Shown one piece after another: positions 28,901-41,574 of a stretch of 64,000 nt of DNA. Source of the stretch: Tubulanus polymorphus (lineage: Eukaryota > Animalia > Nemertea). The position numbers were made by a program, and so were the translations under genes. The stretch spans positions 23,160,150-23,224,149 of the forward strand of contig NC_134026.1 of the NCBI RefSeq assembly GCF_964204645.1, written 5' to 3'. The notes below the pieces were generated by a model. It did no database searches, was not told where the DNA came from, and was given only the letters and a program-made list of their open reading frames with translations. Each line of letters starts with the position of its first letter. The first letter of the stretch is position 1.

Positions 28901-31900
28901 TTCAAGTAATTTTTATTTTGAATGAATGCATTATTTGATGTTCTAACTGGTACTTGTTATCTAGGCAAAGGGTTTCCATGGAGAATTACATGATCTACTT
29001 CATCGTCTTGGTGAAATAGATGCCATACTTGTAACATCGAAACCTTTTGGTGGTCTGCCAGACACAGCGAAGGAGCAACTGGAAAAGTTTATGGTGAGAT
29101 ATTATTATTTCGGAATAGTTTTTATTCTTGATATTGATAAGTTTCAGTCTTATCAATGTTGATGTCTGCTTATAGGATATCTATCGAGAAATGGACATCC
29201 TTGAACCCAAAGTGAAAACCATCCTGGAAGAAGGTGAAATTATGAAGGATAAGACCCCAGCAAATGCCTTAAATCAGCTCTCAACAAATTTGCAAAACCT
29301 ACGAACAAGGTGGGAGAATATACGTTCCCGAGCTGCTGATCGTAAGGCCAAGCTTGAAGAAGCTGAGAAAAATGCTCGCTCATTCCATGAAGGTTTGAAT
29401 CGCTTTATAACTTGGCTGACAATGACAGAGAAAACTCTAACACAATTGAAACCTGTCAGTCGTGTATTAGACACGGTTAATACACAAATAGATGAACATA
29501 AAACTCTGCAAAAAGATATCAGCAGTCATCGTGAAATGATAACAGCATTGGACAAAAAAGGCACGCACCTGAAATATTTTAGCCAGAAACAGGATGTGAT
29601 TTTAATCAAAAACTTATTAGTCAGTACTCAGCATCGCTGGGATAAAGTCATCTCCAGATCTTCTGATCGCACCAAACTACTTGACCATGGCTATAAAGAA
29701 GCCAAAAAGGTAACAAAATGAGTAATAAATGAATAATTAAGTCATTTTATGATTGGTTATCACATACATACAATGGCTGTAATATTTCTCATGTATGATT
29801 TCTAGTTTTATGATCAATGGAAGGAGCTATCTGATTGGTTGAATGATAATGACAGGGCCCTCGATGCTGATGCTGGTATTCACAATGAGGCTGATAAAAT
29901 CAAAGAACAAATCGCTAAACATAAAGAGTTCCAGCGGGCACTTGGTGCTAAACAGCCTCTCTATGACAATACAAGACGTTTAGGGCGCCATATGTTAGAC
30001 AAGTCTCCTCAATCAGACCACCCAATTATCAAGGATATGCTCCAAACCTTAAAACAGAAATGGACAAATCTATGCAGCAAATCAGTTGACCGACAACGCA
30101 CTCTAGAGGAGTCCCTTCTATCTTCTGGACAATTATCTGATGCTCTGAAAGCATTGTTAGATTGGCTTAACCGTATGGAGCCTACACTGTCTGACGATGT
30201 GCCAGTTCATGGAGATTTAGACTCAGTCGGTGGGTTCATGGAGGCACACAAGATATTCCAACAAGAACTCGGAAAACGTAAAAATAACATCCAGTTTGTG
30301 AAAAAGTCGGCCAAGGAAATGATTGACAAGTCTGAAGATGATACGTCCCATTTGCAGTCACAAATAGTTGAATTGACAACGGTTTGGGAACAAGTTTGTA
30401 AGAGTAGTGTCACAAAACAAGAGCGTTTGGAAGAAGCTTTCAAAGATGTTAGTATTTTTCCTTAGCCTCATTTTAGACTTTCAGTAAGAAATTCGTTATC
30501 AAAATTAAATTTTTTTCATTTAGGCATCTGACTTCCACAAGAAAAAGCATGCTATGTTAGAATGCTTAGCTGATGCTGATCGCCATTTACGAAGTCAAGG
30601 ACCATTACCTGATGAAATACCCGTACTTTTGAAACAAATTTCGGAGCATAAGGTAAGTGTTGAATTAATAGTTATATTTCATTTCATCAAATTTATTTTG
30701 TTTGAGAGATGAAAAAGGGACTTAATTATTATATATAAATATTTGATGCATGTTCTCATTTCAGAAATTCCACCAGGATTTGGAAAAGAAAGAAGATCAG
30801 CTGAAAGCTACCATAGCGCTTGGAAATGAGATATTGAAGCAATGTCATCCTGATGCTGCTAGCACTATGAAGCACTGGATCTATGTATTGCAAGCCCGTT
30901 GGGATGAAGTTACTGCTTGGTCTCGACAACGACAAGAACGCCTCACTGATGGCTTGAATACAATGAAAAATGATAAGGAGCTATTAGAAGAACTACTTGC
31001 TTGGTTAGTTGGCGCTGAAGCTACATTGACTGCTCTTGATCAAGCTCCAATACCTCAAGACATTCCAGTCATCGAAAAACTTCTTAGAGACCACGAAGAA
31101 TTTGAAAATGAAATGCAAAAACGCCAACCTGATTATGATCGTTTGATAAAGGCTTATAAAGTACATACTAGCTCTGACCACTCACCACCTGATAGGAAAT
31201 CAAAATCCCGTATTGCATCAGCGTAAGTTTCTTATTTCTTATACTCTTTGCATTGTTTTGGACGATGAATAAAAGCCAATAATATAACAAATTATTGGCA
31301 TATTTTCAGTCGGTCGCGATATGGCTCGCAGAGTCGAGAAGCTGCTAAGCCAGCAGAACCCACATTCAAAAATCCAAAGGTTGGCAGTCTATTCAACAAA
31401 TGGCGACAAGTCTGGTTACAAGCGATGGAAAGACGACGTAACTTACAAGATGCTATGGATACACTGAATGAGGTACACATACGTTTTTATTCCTTCTATG
31501 AAATCATCAGCTTGTATTCTGTCACCAAGTTTAATTAACGACGTTCAATAGGTACTGTAATGACAGTTTCTATTCCTAGCTTATCATTTTACTATAATTT
31601 GGTATCATTTTGTAAGGATCCTGAAAAACTAGATGAAAATTAACTAAAATACATTGTGTTTATTCAGGTGTGCAATTTCAGTACATTTCGTACGGATTGC
31701 GAATTTCACCAATTTGAAGAGGTTTGTTTAAACCACCATCATATATCAACATAAGATTTGATTTTGAAAAATTTACCTATTATAGATAATCCAATCATTT
31801 TCAGATGTTTATTAATACTGAACTTCTACTCAATCTAATAGAAAATTATCCTCCTTTTTGTGAATATATCTGCTACCTCTTATCCAAAAATGAAACCTAT

Positions 31901-34900
31901 TATCCAAAAATGAAACCAAATATCCTATACTTAGAATATAATACATGCACATTTCATTTGAGAATTCATATCTTACTGTTAACATGTTTGATACCGAGAT
32001 CCCGTTTACCAGAACCAGCACATACCCAACTGATGAATTTACCCATCTACAGCTTGTTATTCTATTTCTATCGTATCATATTGCAGGAGTTCTTCTGGTC
32101 GACGCCATATCGTCAGGCCATGGTGGGTAACAATTATGTTGCATGCAGGGTTTTATTCGTTTTTAGTTTCAGCCGCAGACTTCCTTATCCTTTTATGGGC
32201 CTTTCATGTCCTTCCTTGCCTCTTGATTATTTTTTCCTATAATTTTTCCAATGTGTCAGCCTTGCCTTGTGGATTTTAGCTCAGCTTTTGTCAAATTTTT
32301 TATTGTAACTTTTCCTTGTATCGATGTTACCTCCTTGTATCAGATTACAGAGAGCCATTACAAAATTTCATAGGATCTTACAAAAACTGATTTATGTAGA
32401 TATAGATAGTTAGTAATTATAATTTCTTCGTGATTGTTATGATTTGTAATATTTTTCACAATTGCACATCACTTACTAATATTCAAACCTTGCACGCTCA
32501 AATCGTAAAAAGGCTATACAAGATGGTGATGAAATTTCTTGTGACCCCTCTTCCCCTGACTTCAAGTATTCCGGATTTTTCCTTTCTGTCCTTTCCGAAA
32601 GCAAAAACTATTTCATTGAAAATTCTATGTTTTACAATAGAAAAATCATAATGAAGAAATAGTATTGTTGAAAAGGTTTTGTAGTAGCTTCTGTTGCTTC
32701 TTCCATTATTTGCGACAATTGTTTGACCTCTTCTTTGCATAGCTAGCTATATGTCAAATTGATCAGTTTTATGATTTGTGATATAAATGATTGTTGACCG
32801 CAATTTCCGATCAAACTGCTAAAATCTTATATTTCAAAGCATTTTAATAGAATGAACTATGTGTCAATGAAATATGAGGTCAATCTAGAAAAATGATGAT
32901 ATTATGATGACACTTATTAGTCTCTTTCTATTGGTCAATTTCTTCAGATGGAAAGATTGAAAAACTTTGAATTTGATGATTGGCGTAGACGCTATATGGC
33001 TTGGATGAATCACAACAAATCAAGAGTGATGGATTTCTTCCGCAAACAAGACAAGGACCATGATGGCAAAGTGACAAGAGATGAGTTCATCAACGGTATT
33101 CTAGCATCAAGTAAGTTATTCTCTGTTTATAGAATTTTTTGTATATAGTCAATTACTTCGACATATTTTGTATTCAGGATGGCGGGAACACTTAACAGCT
33201 TGTTCACGTTTTAGAGTAAAAAGATTACCAATAGGCTTTACATACTTTTTAAAATTTTGTCTTCGCTTCTCTCATGTAGAGCGGCATGATGGAATTAGAT
33301 GGAAAAGTAAGCCCACAGTGTTGTCTCATTTATATAATGTATTTATTTGCTTTATTTTGACAGTAAATAGTAAAAGATCTGGTATGATTTGTTCACGTTT
33401 CTGCTAGCTAACTTCTGAGTGTTTTCCTTGTCTTAATATTCTGGATCGGTCAATTTAAGAGTTTTTTTATCTCCAATTCCCAATCGTTCAATTGCTATTT
33501 TTTTATTACTCTAGCACTATCAAAAACTATCATTATAATTAGAAGTTGCGCCTTTAGGAGTGAACTATTCTAATCACCATTGGTGGAGTCTGGGGTCTGG
33601 AGTGATCCTTTAACCAAACTAAATTAGTATCTGTTGTTGTCTACTTCATTGTTGAAATTTTTCAGAATTCATAAATGGACTGTTTTGATATTATCTGGAT
33701 GCAGTCAATCTTTTTGCACTTACATAAGGAATTCGTTCAAAACTACTTTCAGTTCTACATTGCATCGCATGATACATATATGAGTTATGAATAAAGTTAA
33801 AGAAGGGACATTGACTTTTTTGATATAGTCGTATTTTTCATTATAATCTTATAGTGCTTTAGTAAATACTATTGGTACTAGTATTATAAATTCTATATTT
33901 TTTCAGAATTTCCTACCACAAGAATGGAGATGCAAGCCGTTGCTAATATCTTTGATCGTGACAATGATGGCTACATTGATTACAAAGAGTTTGTAGCTGC
34001 CCTTCGTCCAGATAGACAGGTATCTTTTACTTCATTACAGTTGAAACTTATCATTTTGAGATACCTAACTTTAGCTCTGTTTGCCTTTCAAGTCATCCCG
34101 TCGTCCAAATGATCATCAGCGAATCATGGATGAAGTTAAAGTGCAAGTACAAAAGTGCACCTGTTCAAGACAGTATCGTATTCATAAGATTGGAGAAGGC
34201 AAATACCGAGTACGTTTTAGCTTTTTATTTGAGGGAAATATCACCTGACAAAACATACTGTTTAGGAGTTACCATCAGATAATGTATTGATCAATATAGA
34301 AATGAAATGTTAAGTTTGGATTTGTTGTGTTTTTTAGTTTGGTGAATCACAAAAGCTTCGCCTAGTCCGTATATTGCGTAGTACCGTCATGGTACGTGTC
34401 GGAGGTGGTTGGGTTGCCTTAGATGAGTTCTTAGTGAAAAATGACCCGTGTCGAGGTATGTTATTGATGAAAAATAATCTCATGTCATGTATTTCAGGTG
34501 AACACAGATTTCAATTTGAAATCATTGATAAATTTCTCAAGACTCGTACTTAATCATAATATGATTTTCTTAAAGGAGAAAGAAATGTTGATACTTTTGC
34601 TAAGATTTTTACATAATGTATGAACATAAGGATGATAGACGAGAGAGTGAATGTGATGTTATGAATTTGAACTTATTGTTCCTTGTCAAGAGTAGTTTTG
34701 TTGTTGCTTATATCTCGTCCTAATGGGAAAATCCTAATTTACAGAATGGGTATTTCCAGTACTTGCATGATATATGTATACACTGTTGGCATGACACGTA
34801 TTGTAGATTAACATCACCTATTACAACTGTACTAACAATATCTATAATTGCGGTTAAATTGCTGCATTAGATGTATTCATGATGTATTGGGAAATGTATT

Positions 34901-37900
34901 CATTATACAATAGTTTTTGCATGTTCCAATATCCTGAAATAAATAAACGCAAGAAGAAATGTAAATCTATTGAATGTAATATGATCATGACTAAATGTCC
35001 AGTTACTGACTCCTAGTTTTGATCTCTTGACTAGTAGCATGTTCTTAGTCTAATGCTAGCCTGCATTCATTTGCTTTGGGTACTTAACTGAAAGACAAAA
35101 AAGCTGTTTTGAATGCAGGTTTATAACCCTTTATGACTTACAATGTTTGTCTGTAGTGTAGACTTATAGATGTTTTTTGTTCATATGTACTAATGCGATG
35201 CTTGCATTTATGATAATTTACGTTTGCTTGTGTATTTTATAATTTCTTTAAACAGAGAACAGCTCTCAGCGAATTTACAAGCTGATTTGTACCAAGTCTC
35301 GAAGTGGCTCTGCACCTAATCTGAATGGTATATAACTTACCAATGTGTTGAACTGAACCCAGATTACCTGACCCATGTTTGGGTTTGGGAATTTTGGCTA
35401 GTTTCACTAAAAGTTGGCTTTGAACAATGCTTTCTCCTCTGCTTCGCATGCAATGGTATTGGGAGTTTTGTATGTTTATGGTTCTGTGTACTCAAACAAT
35501 TTTTATTGCTTTTATTATCTGAATTTGGACTAGATCAACGATGATTTCTTTTAATTTATCTATTGATTTTCAGCACAAAATGATCAAACCAATGATAATA
35601 AAATCGAATCTCTTTTTTATGATAAACCCTTTTTCTTATTGGTGCGAGATAGTGAATGTATGATCAGTATGAGTGATAGGTTTGGGTTACTGGTGGTGTG
35701 AATATAGCTGTACTTTCTTGATTTAGCAATCACTACCAAAATGTTTACTTTTAAGTTGGACAGACATCCTCTGCTGAGATGTTGCTGTTGTATTTGAAGA
35801 AAAAAAACTCCAACAAATCTTGATTCAAAATGAATGCATGTTGAAGGGCTTTTTTTATTTTCATTGTCATCAAGTGTGCACATTACAGTAATAAGAACAA
35901 ATTGAATATTAGCCAATGTTATATGATATTTTGTTGATTCCACTTGAAATTTGGTGCGTACACTGTTCATGAGTTATGATTGATTTGTTCTTATTGATGA
36001 AATAGAATATAACATGCTATCAATCATTAAGTATAAAATCAATCAGATTGGGATGATTTTCTGCTATCAGTCGATGTGTGCTCACTTGTTATAGTGCCGT
36101 CAATGTAAGATTTCCTCATGCTATTTGTAGCATTGCTATTTCTATTTTCTTCCGCGTTTAGGCAATTTCCAAAACATTGGAGGTAGAGTAGTGCTGAACC
36201 ACGCCAGATGGTGCCTCCATCACTGTTAGTTGATAAATTACTTATTACATTAAGATGCGTTTTGTCTCAATGTTATCACTGGAATCATTAAGCTCTGAAT
36301 TGTAGTTGTATCAAGAAAATATCTCTCTAGATTTTCTGGTGAAATCTCGGGTCTTTGAACAAATCAGAATGCTGGGTCATTGTTGACCGTGCAGAGACAT
36401 TTCAAATTCAGAGCTTTATGGAATGTTGTAAATCCTATAGTTGTTAACTTGACTTAAACTTGATAGTCAAAATGCTAGTCAAGTCCTAGTCAGATTACCT
36501 TTGGCTGAAGAAGACCCACATTACAAAGAAAACTATTTGAAGTTTTTTATGTTTTAACTTAAATGCCATGAGCCATTTTCAAAAACAGGTTTATTCCCCA
36601 CTGTGAAAATGGCTCATAGTATTTGAGTTGAAGCATCTAAATCCTCTAATAGTGTTTTTGTATTGGATATTGTAGGTTTTATTCTTCAGTTGAATTAGGC
36701 AGTCACTTCTCTATGGACAACAAAATTACTTCAGGCTTCATATACAGATCCTTCTTTTTATTTTTAAGTGCATATGTGTTAAGTTTATTACTTGGGTATA
36801 TGTATATTTGTTAAACATACAATCTTAGGCAGGGCAATCTTATTTTCCCAGGTAGTCTTCAATTTATTTTGATTTTGACTTTGACTGTATGGATTTTAAT
36901 TCAGTGACCTTGTGGCGGAGGTATCGCTACAGAATATTGAAACGCAAGTTCTTTCCAACCCGTTGCGCGGCCCATGGTAGTCGTAGGTTGAGTCTATTCT
37001 CTTGGAATGTTGCAACTGAAATTTACCTAGTCCTAGTTGGCATGTAAAAAGTGACTTAAATAAGCTATCATTATGATATTGCATCATAGGAGAGCCCTGG
37101 AATAGGTGCTCATTGAGCATGAATGCTATTTACTTAACCAAGTAATATATGCGTTGTTGAGTGAAAAATTAAAAGCATCTCTCAGGCACACTGTGCGAGG
37201 ACATGAAGTCAACATTTTATCATCTTTACTAATTCATCTGTACCCTTTCTTGAGTGAAGAACTAGTTACCGTACTAAAACTGAATGAATGGTAATCCGTT
37301 GTATGAGACATTATTTTTTGTTTATAAGATATTGTTTTTAGTTATACAAACAACCTACCTCATCAGGATCATATTCTGGATTTTTCTGACCAAATTATTG
37401 TGTCCAGCTTATGTAGGTTTGTTTATTTCATAGGTTTATGCGAGAATGCATGCTGCATGTTGTTGTTTCGTTGTGCGACAATATTTTAGATTATCCTTTA
37501 ATTCGGGGATTGGTTTTTCCAATTATGATTTCTATTATATTATTATGTTAAAGGTTTTACTCTTTGGGTAGGACAAAACTGTCCACTACACAGAAATAGC
37601 ATAAATTGGATGTATTTATCTTGTAAATGACCTTTCATCTCAATGATTATCTTTAAGACCGATTTTGGACATGGATCACGACAGGTTAGTTGAAACTCTG
37701 GTAACTGTCGCAGCTGTTGCCGCTACTGCTTTCAACGTCTTCTACAGCTCATTATTCATCTACATTATGAATTTCATAAATGCATCAGATACGTTCTTGA
37801 TGATATCGCAGACATCTACATACATGCTATCTTTGCGTTGAATATGTATCTGGATTGATAGAACGAAAAGAAACTTTTCCCAGCCCAACAAAATATTCCT

Positions 37901-40189
37901 GGATGATCACTGTAGCATTCATAAATATCATATTCGCACAGAAAGTTTAACTTTCATAAGTAGCCATATTCTGCTATTATCAATGTTTGCCAGCCTTGGA
38001 TATTGTTCCAATATTTTGTAGTTTCTCTTCATAAAAAGTATTTTTCTCCCTTTTGTATGATAGTTTTCGCTTGAATATAGCCAGTATCTCCACCAGAAAT
38101 ATTCGTAAATTTGTCTCAATCTTACACCTACATACTTGTATGTATCTCGCAACGTTAATGAAATACTTATGAAAATGTATTTGCAAGAAATACTTCCGAT
38201 TTTCTCCCAAAATTTTAATTTACTATTATTAATTTGATTCAGTAAAAACGCAAATATAATTGTTTTATTTGCAGAAAATGTATCCTATAAGTCGTTTTTT
38301 CGTTTTCACTTCCATAATTTTTTATGTACTAAGAAAGAACAGGTTAGCCTGATCTAATGGAATTGATCATTATGTTTAGGTTCTGTGTAGTGGTAGGTTT
38401 TGGTTTACTTCAATCAGATTTTTCTTTATTTATGAAATTCTTATCATCAATGTATGTCTATTCAATGTAATTCCAATCTAAGAATCATAACTTAACGAAG
38501 AAAAAATTGATATAGATTAACTATTTTCTGCTTAAATCGAATGAAAAAAAATTGGTACATGCATTTATTTGTAGCTATTCTAGGAAATATGCAATTTAAA
38601 ATAGCACATGAAAAATAAGAATTTAGCTATAAGCGTTTCATTGAATATTTTTGGTTTCTGTAATTTTCAGCTAAAGGTCGCACTAACATTGAACTTCGGG
38701 AGCAATTTATTCTGGCCTCTGGAGTCAGTCAGTCAATGGCCCACTTTGTGCCTCGTAGTCCAAACAGTTCACATTCGGGTGGCAGTCAAAGTGGATACTC
38801 AACCTCCACATACACCACAAATAGATCCGCAAGCTCTACTGCTAGTGGACCTATTACCAAGGTCAGTAATTTTAGAAAATGAGGACCTATCTCTAACCTG
38901 GAATTTTTTCTAAAAGTTGATATGCCAAATACTTTTGGTTTTTCGGTCGATTGAGTGATGTGACGTAATCGGCTGTACACCTTAGAATTTGTGCACTTCA
39001 AACATTTTCACTGTGTCTGAACTAAAGATAGTAATATGATTCGTATAGATTCGAGAAAAGACACAATGGGGACATCCTTGGAGACAGGGCCGTTCAAAAA
39101 CAAGTCCTGATGCTGAGGTCAAAAACATAATGAGAGAAAATGGTGACGGATCAAAAATTCCACGTCCTGTTACTCCAAAAAATAGTAAGTAATACATAAT
39201 ACATTATATTATAATTCAATGATGTTTTTTAGTTCAGATCAATAGATTGTGTTGGTGCACGAGGCATGTATTCTACATCATAATTGTGTGAAGTTCAACT
39301 AATGAATGTATACGAATTGAGGATGTTTACTGTAATGAATCGTTATATCTATTATTTTGAATCGAAAGTATTGTTATTTTCTAGACTAGTTAATGTAGGA
39401 ATCAATGGTTTATATTAAATGGTGATTATGATTTCATTGAAAAGCTTACTAACTTCGAACATGCTGGCAGAATTGTCATGGCTTTTTTAGAGAGAGGAGT
39501 GTTAATTTGCCGAATTAGTTTCACATATATCACGGTTTAAATATTTGAAATTTAAATTCATTATTTGCTTCATACAAAAGTTTTGCATTTAAAGAGAGGA
39601 TCCTCTCAAGAGCTTTAATGATTTTTTTTTACACAAATTGCACACTAGTTGATTTTAATTGCTTCATTGAAAAAAACCTTTTGTCTGACCTTTAGATAGC
39701 TTAGTACGCAAATGTTTTTCAACTCACTGATACCGTAACATGAGCTTTGTGTAATGACCTATTATATGTGCCGATTGTAGTTAAATAAATATCATTGAAA
39801 ATTTTGAAGTACGTCTCTAATTATGGTTTCTGTAAACTGATTGAATTTTCATTCATATTTTAGTGACACCTACACCTGGAAGAGGTACCAGTAGACCGGG
39901 AAGTCGAACTGGAAGTCGACCATCTAGTCGACCATCTAGTCGGCCGGGTAGTCGACCACCCAGTCGATCAAATAGTCGACCTCCAAGTCGCCAGAGCAGT
40001 CGGCCACCAAGTCGTGCAGGAAGCGATCTTTCTTTAAACAGTAATGATTCTGAGAGCAGGATTCCTATTGCGACCCCATCTCTGCGCAGCGTTACATCAC
40101 CACGACGTTTAAGCACCGGATCGACATCTGGCATCGATTCTCTTGGATCTCGAATTCCAACTCGGTCATCATCACTGAAAAAGAAATGA
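1..40189 (+). CDS. MACF1: Spectraplakin (MACF1/dystonin/Short stop family), multi-exon, 5' end outside window
   Basis: Domain order is plectin-type repeats (1-10181), many GT-AG exons of spectrin repeats (12541 to ~31472), EF-hands ([26 protein letters not shown]), GAS2 ([45 protein letters not shown]), then an S/R/P-rich tail with SxIP and stop at 40187-40189. The symbol denotes the family; the invertebrate gene would be co-orthologous to MACF1/DST. Confidence 0.95.
1041..6560 (+). repeat. Coding tandem array of 300-bp (100-aa) units, about 18 copies
   Basis: The unit [58 protein letters not shown] recurs with 300-nt period. One unit is 294 nt because of a 6-nt deletion near 1418. Confidence 0.95.
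13887..13962. repeat. (TGGC)19 microsatellite in a spectraplakin intron
   Basis: Perfect tetranucleotide run. Confidence 0.97.
19617..19988. mobile_element. Degraded non-autonomous DNA transposon (Tc1/mariner-pogo-like MITE)
   Basis: Left end TACCGTAATTTCCGGCCAATAAGTCGAG. Complementary motifs CGGCTTATTGGG occur at ~19669 and ~19966. Confidence 0.5.
32948..34019 (+). CDS. Spectraplakin EF-hand pair exons (32948-33110, 33907-34019)
   Basis: Canonical EF loops [12 protein letters not shown] and [12 protein letters not shown]; phase-1 GT-AG intron between them. Confidence 0.92.
34091..34455 (+). CDS. Spectraplakin GAS2 (GAR) domain exons
   Basis: [19 protein letters not shown] / [39 protein letters not shown]. 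Confidence 0.93.
38671..40189 (+). CDS. Spectraplakin C-terminal tail exons (38671-38861, 39049-39184, 39863-40189)
   Basis: [23 protein letters not shown].., GPITK|IREK, SRPxSRPx repeats, and SKIP/SRIP/SRIP motifs. Confidence 0.88.
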
Positions 40190-41357
40190 TGAATCCATGG
40201 AAAATTACAAGATTCTCTCTAGCCTGGTGCTTCTTTAAAGTGTCTGTGATAACATTGTGCATTTAAATACCATTTTTAAGCTGCTAATATTTGAAAAAAC
40301 GGCTGTCCCATATTGATATCGATAGTAATATACATATGAACGTATAGACACATGACCTTGAAAAAGGTCAAATAGACTGGATTTTACAGATGTTATCATG
40401 AATAGATAATACAATAATTCAATGTTGATTAAGTGTTAAATTGACATATTTATGCCATATTCATCCTTACATTCCACATTATTCGTGCATTTTCATTCAT
40501 CACTCCCGAATCTAACACCCAAAATAACACATGACAGCAGTAGATTATCATTTACTCTAAAGAATTCAGTTCTCCACTAGGAGATCAAGGAGAATTGCTC
40601 TTAAAACTAAAACATGTAATGTACAATTTTATAAATGCCTAAACCGAATTTGAATAATTGAAAATTAACATTTTGTCATCATGCCCATGCTTGTTTTGGT
40701 GGCATGGGGATGCCATGATTGTGACCATGGTCATACAAAGACTGAAGATCTTGTATTCTAGTTGGATGACATATTTTCTAAGCTTCTGCTTATTACCTGT
40801 TGTGTGTGCATTGTATACGTAGAAATGAATTAATCTAAAATACTGTTAAAATAAGACCATTGAGATGTAGTATTACTATATAATCATCTTAAGTTAATTC
40901 ATTAGTGTGTAAAAATTTGTGATTTATAAATAACTTAAATTGTTTGGCAGAATACTGCGATGCCTGTAATATATAACTCTATATTACTTAAATATTTTGT
41001 TTGGTTTTTTTTGTAAATGTAAATTTTACGTAAATTATGGTGTATTATATTTGTGAACGATGGCTATGAGTTCAATTTTTGTTGCTAGAAATCTTTCTGC
41101 GCTTAATGGCAGTGCAGCCACTTATATCTGATGCTGACATGTGTATTTAGAGATTTATTTATTTGAACGTTTTTCAGCAAACGAACACAGAGACAACTTG
41201 TCGGTTGCTGCTTGAGAAATACATAATATCCACTTCATTTCAATATTGTTTCACAGATATGTGCAACGCAACCAACCATGCATCCGCTTCTCGTAATTAA
41301 CAAATTTAGACTTTATAATTAGATTTGAATGAGAATTGCTTTTTTACTTTGAAATGA

Positions 41358-41363
41358 AATAAA
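41358..41363 (+). terminator. Candidate polyadenylation signal of the spectraplakin 3' UTR
   Basis: AATAAA ~1.2 kb after the stop, followed by GT/T-rich sequence. A second AATAAA lies near 41488. Confidence 0.45.
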
Positions 41364-41574
41364 TATTAACATGTCTCTGTGTTAGGTTATCTTGATTAAT
41401 GCTTTTTAAGATTATATATATTATTGCTGAGCTCTCCGTAAATTAAAAGATGGTGATGAAGTATTAAGTTTGTGCTTTGCGGCAGCAAATAAAATTTGCA
41501 AACAAAAGAATATTAGTTGTGATTTATGTTTTGACGGCTGGATGGACTAGGATGTGAGGATTTTTTATTAATCT

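Noticed and set aside
31805-32242. 145-aa intronic ORF as a nested gene
   Set aside because: Composition typical of AT-rich intron translation with no recognisable domain. Only the 36-nt microexon candidate inside it is supported.
35573-35660. Additional exon candidate after acceptor gattttcag ([10 protein letters not shown]...)
   Set aside because: No frame-preserving donor found; nearby GT sites give phase 0 or 2.
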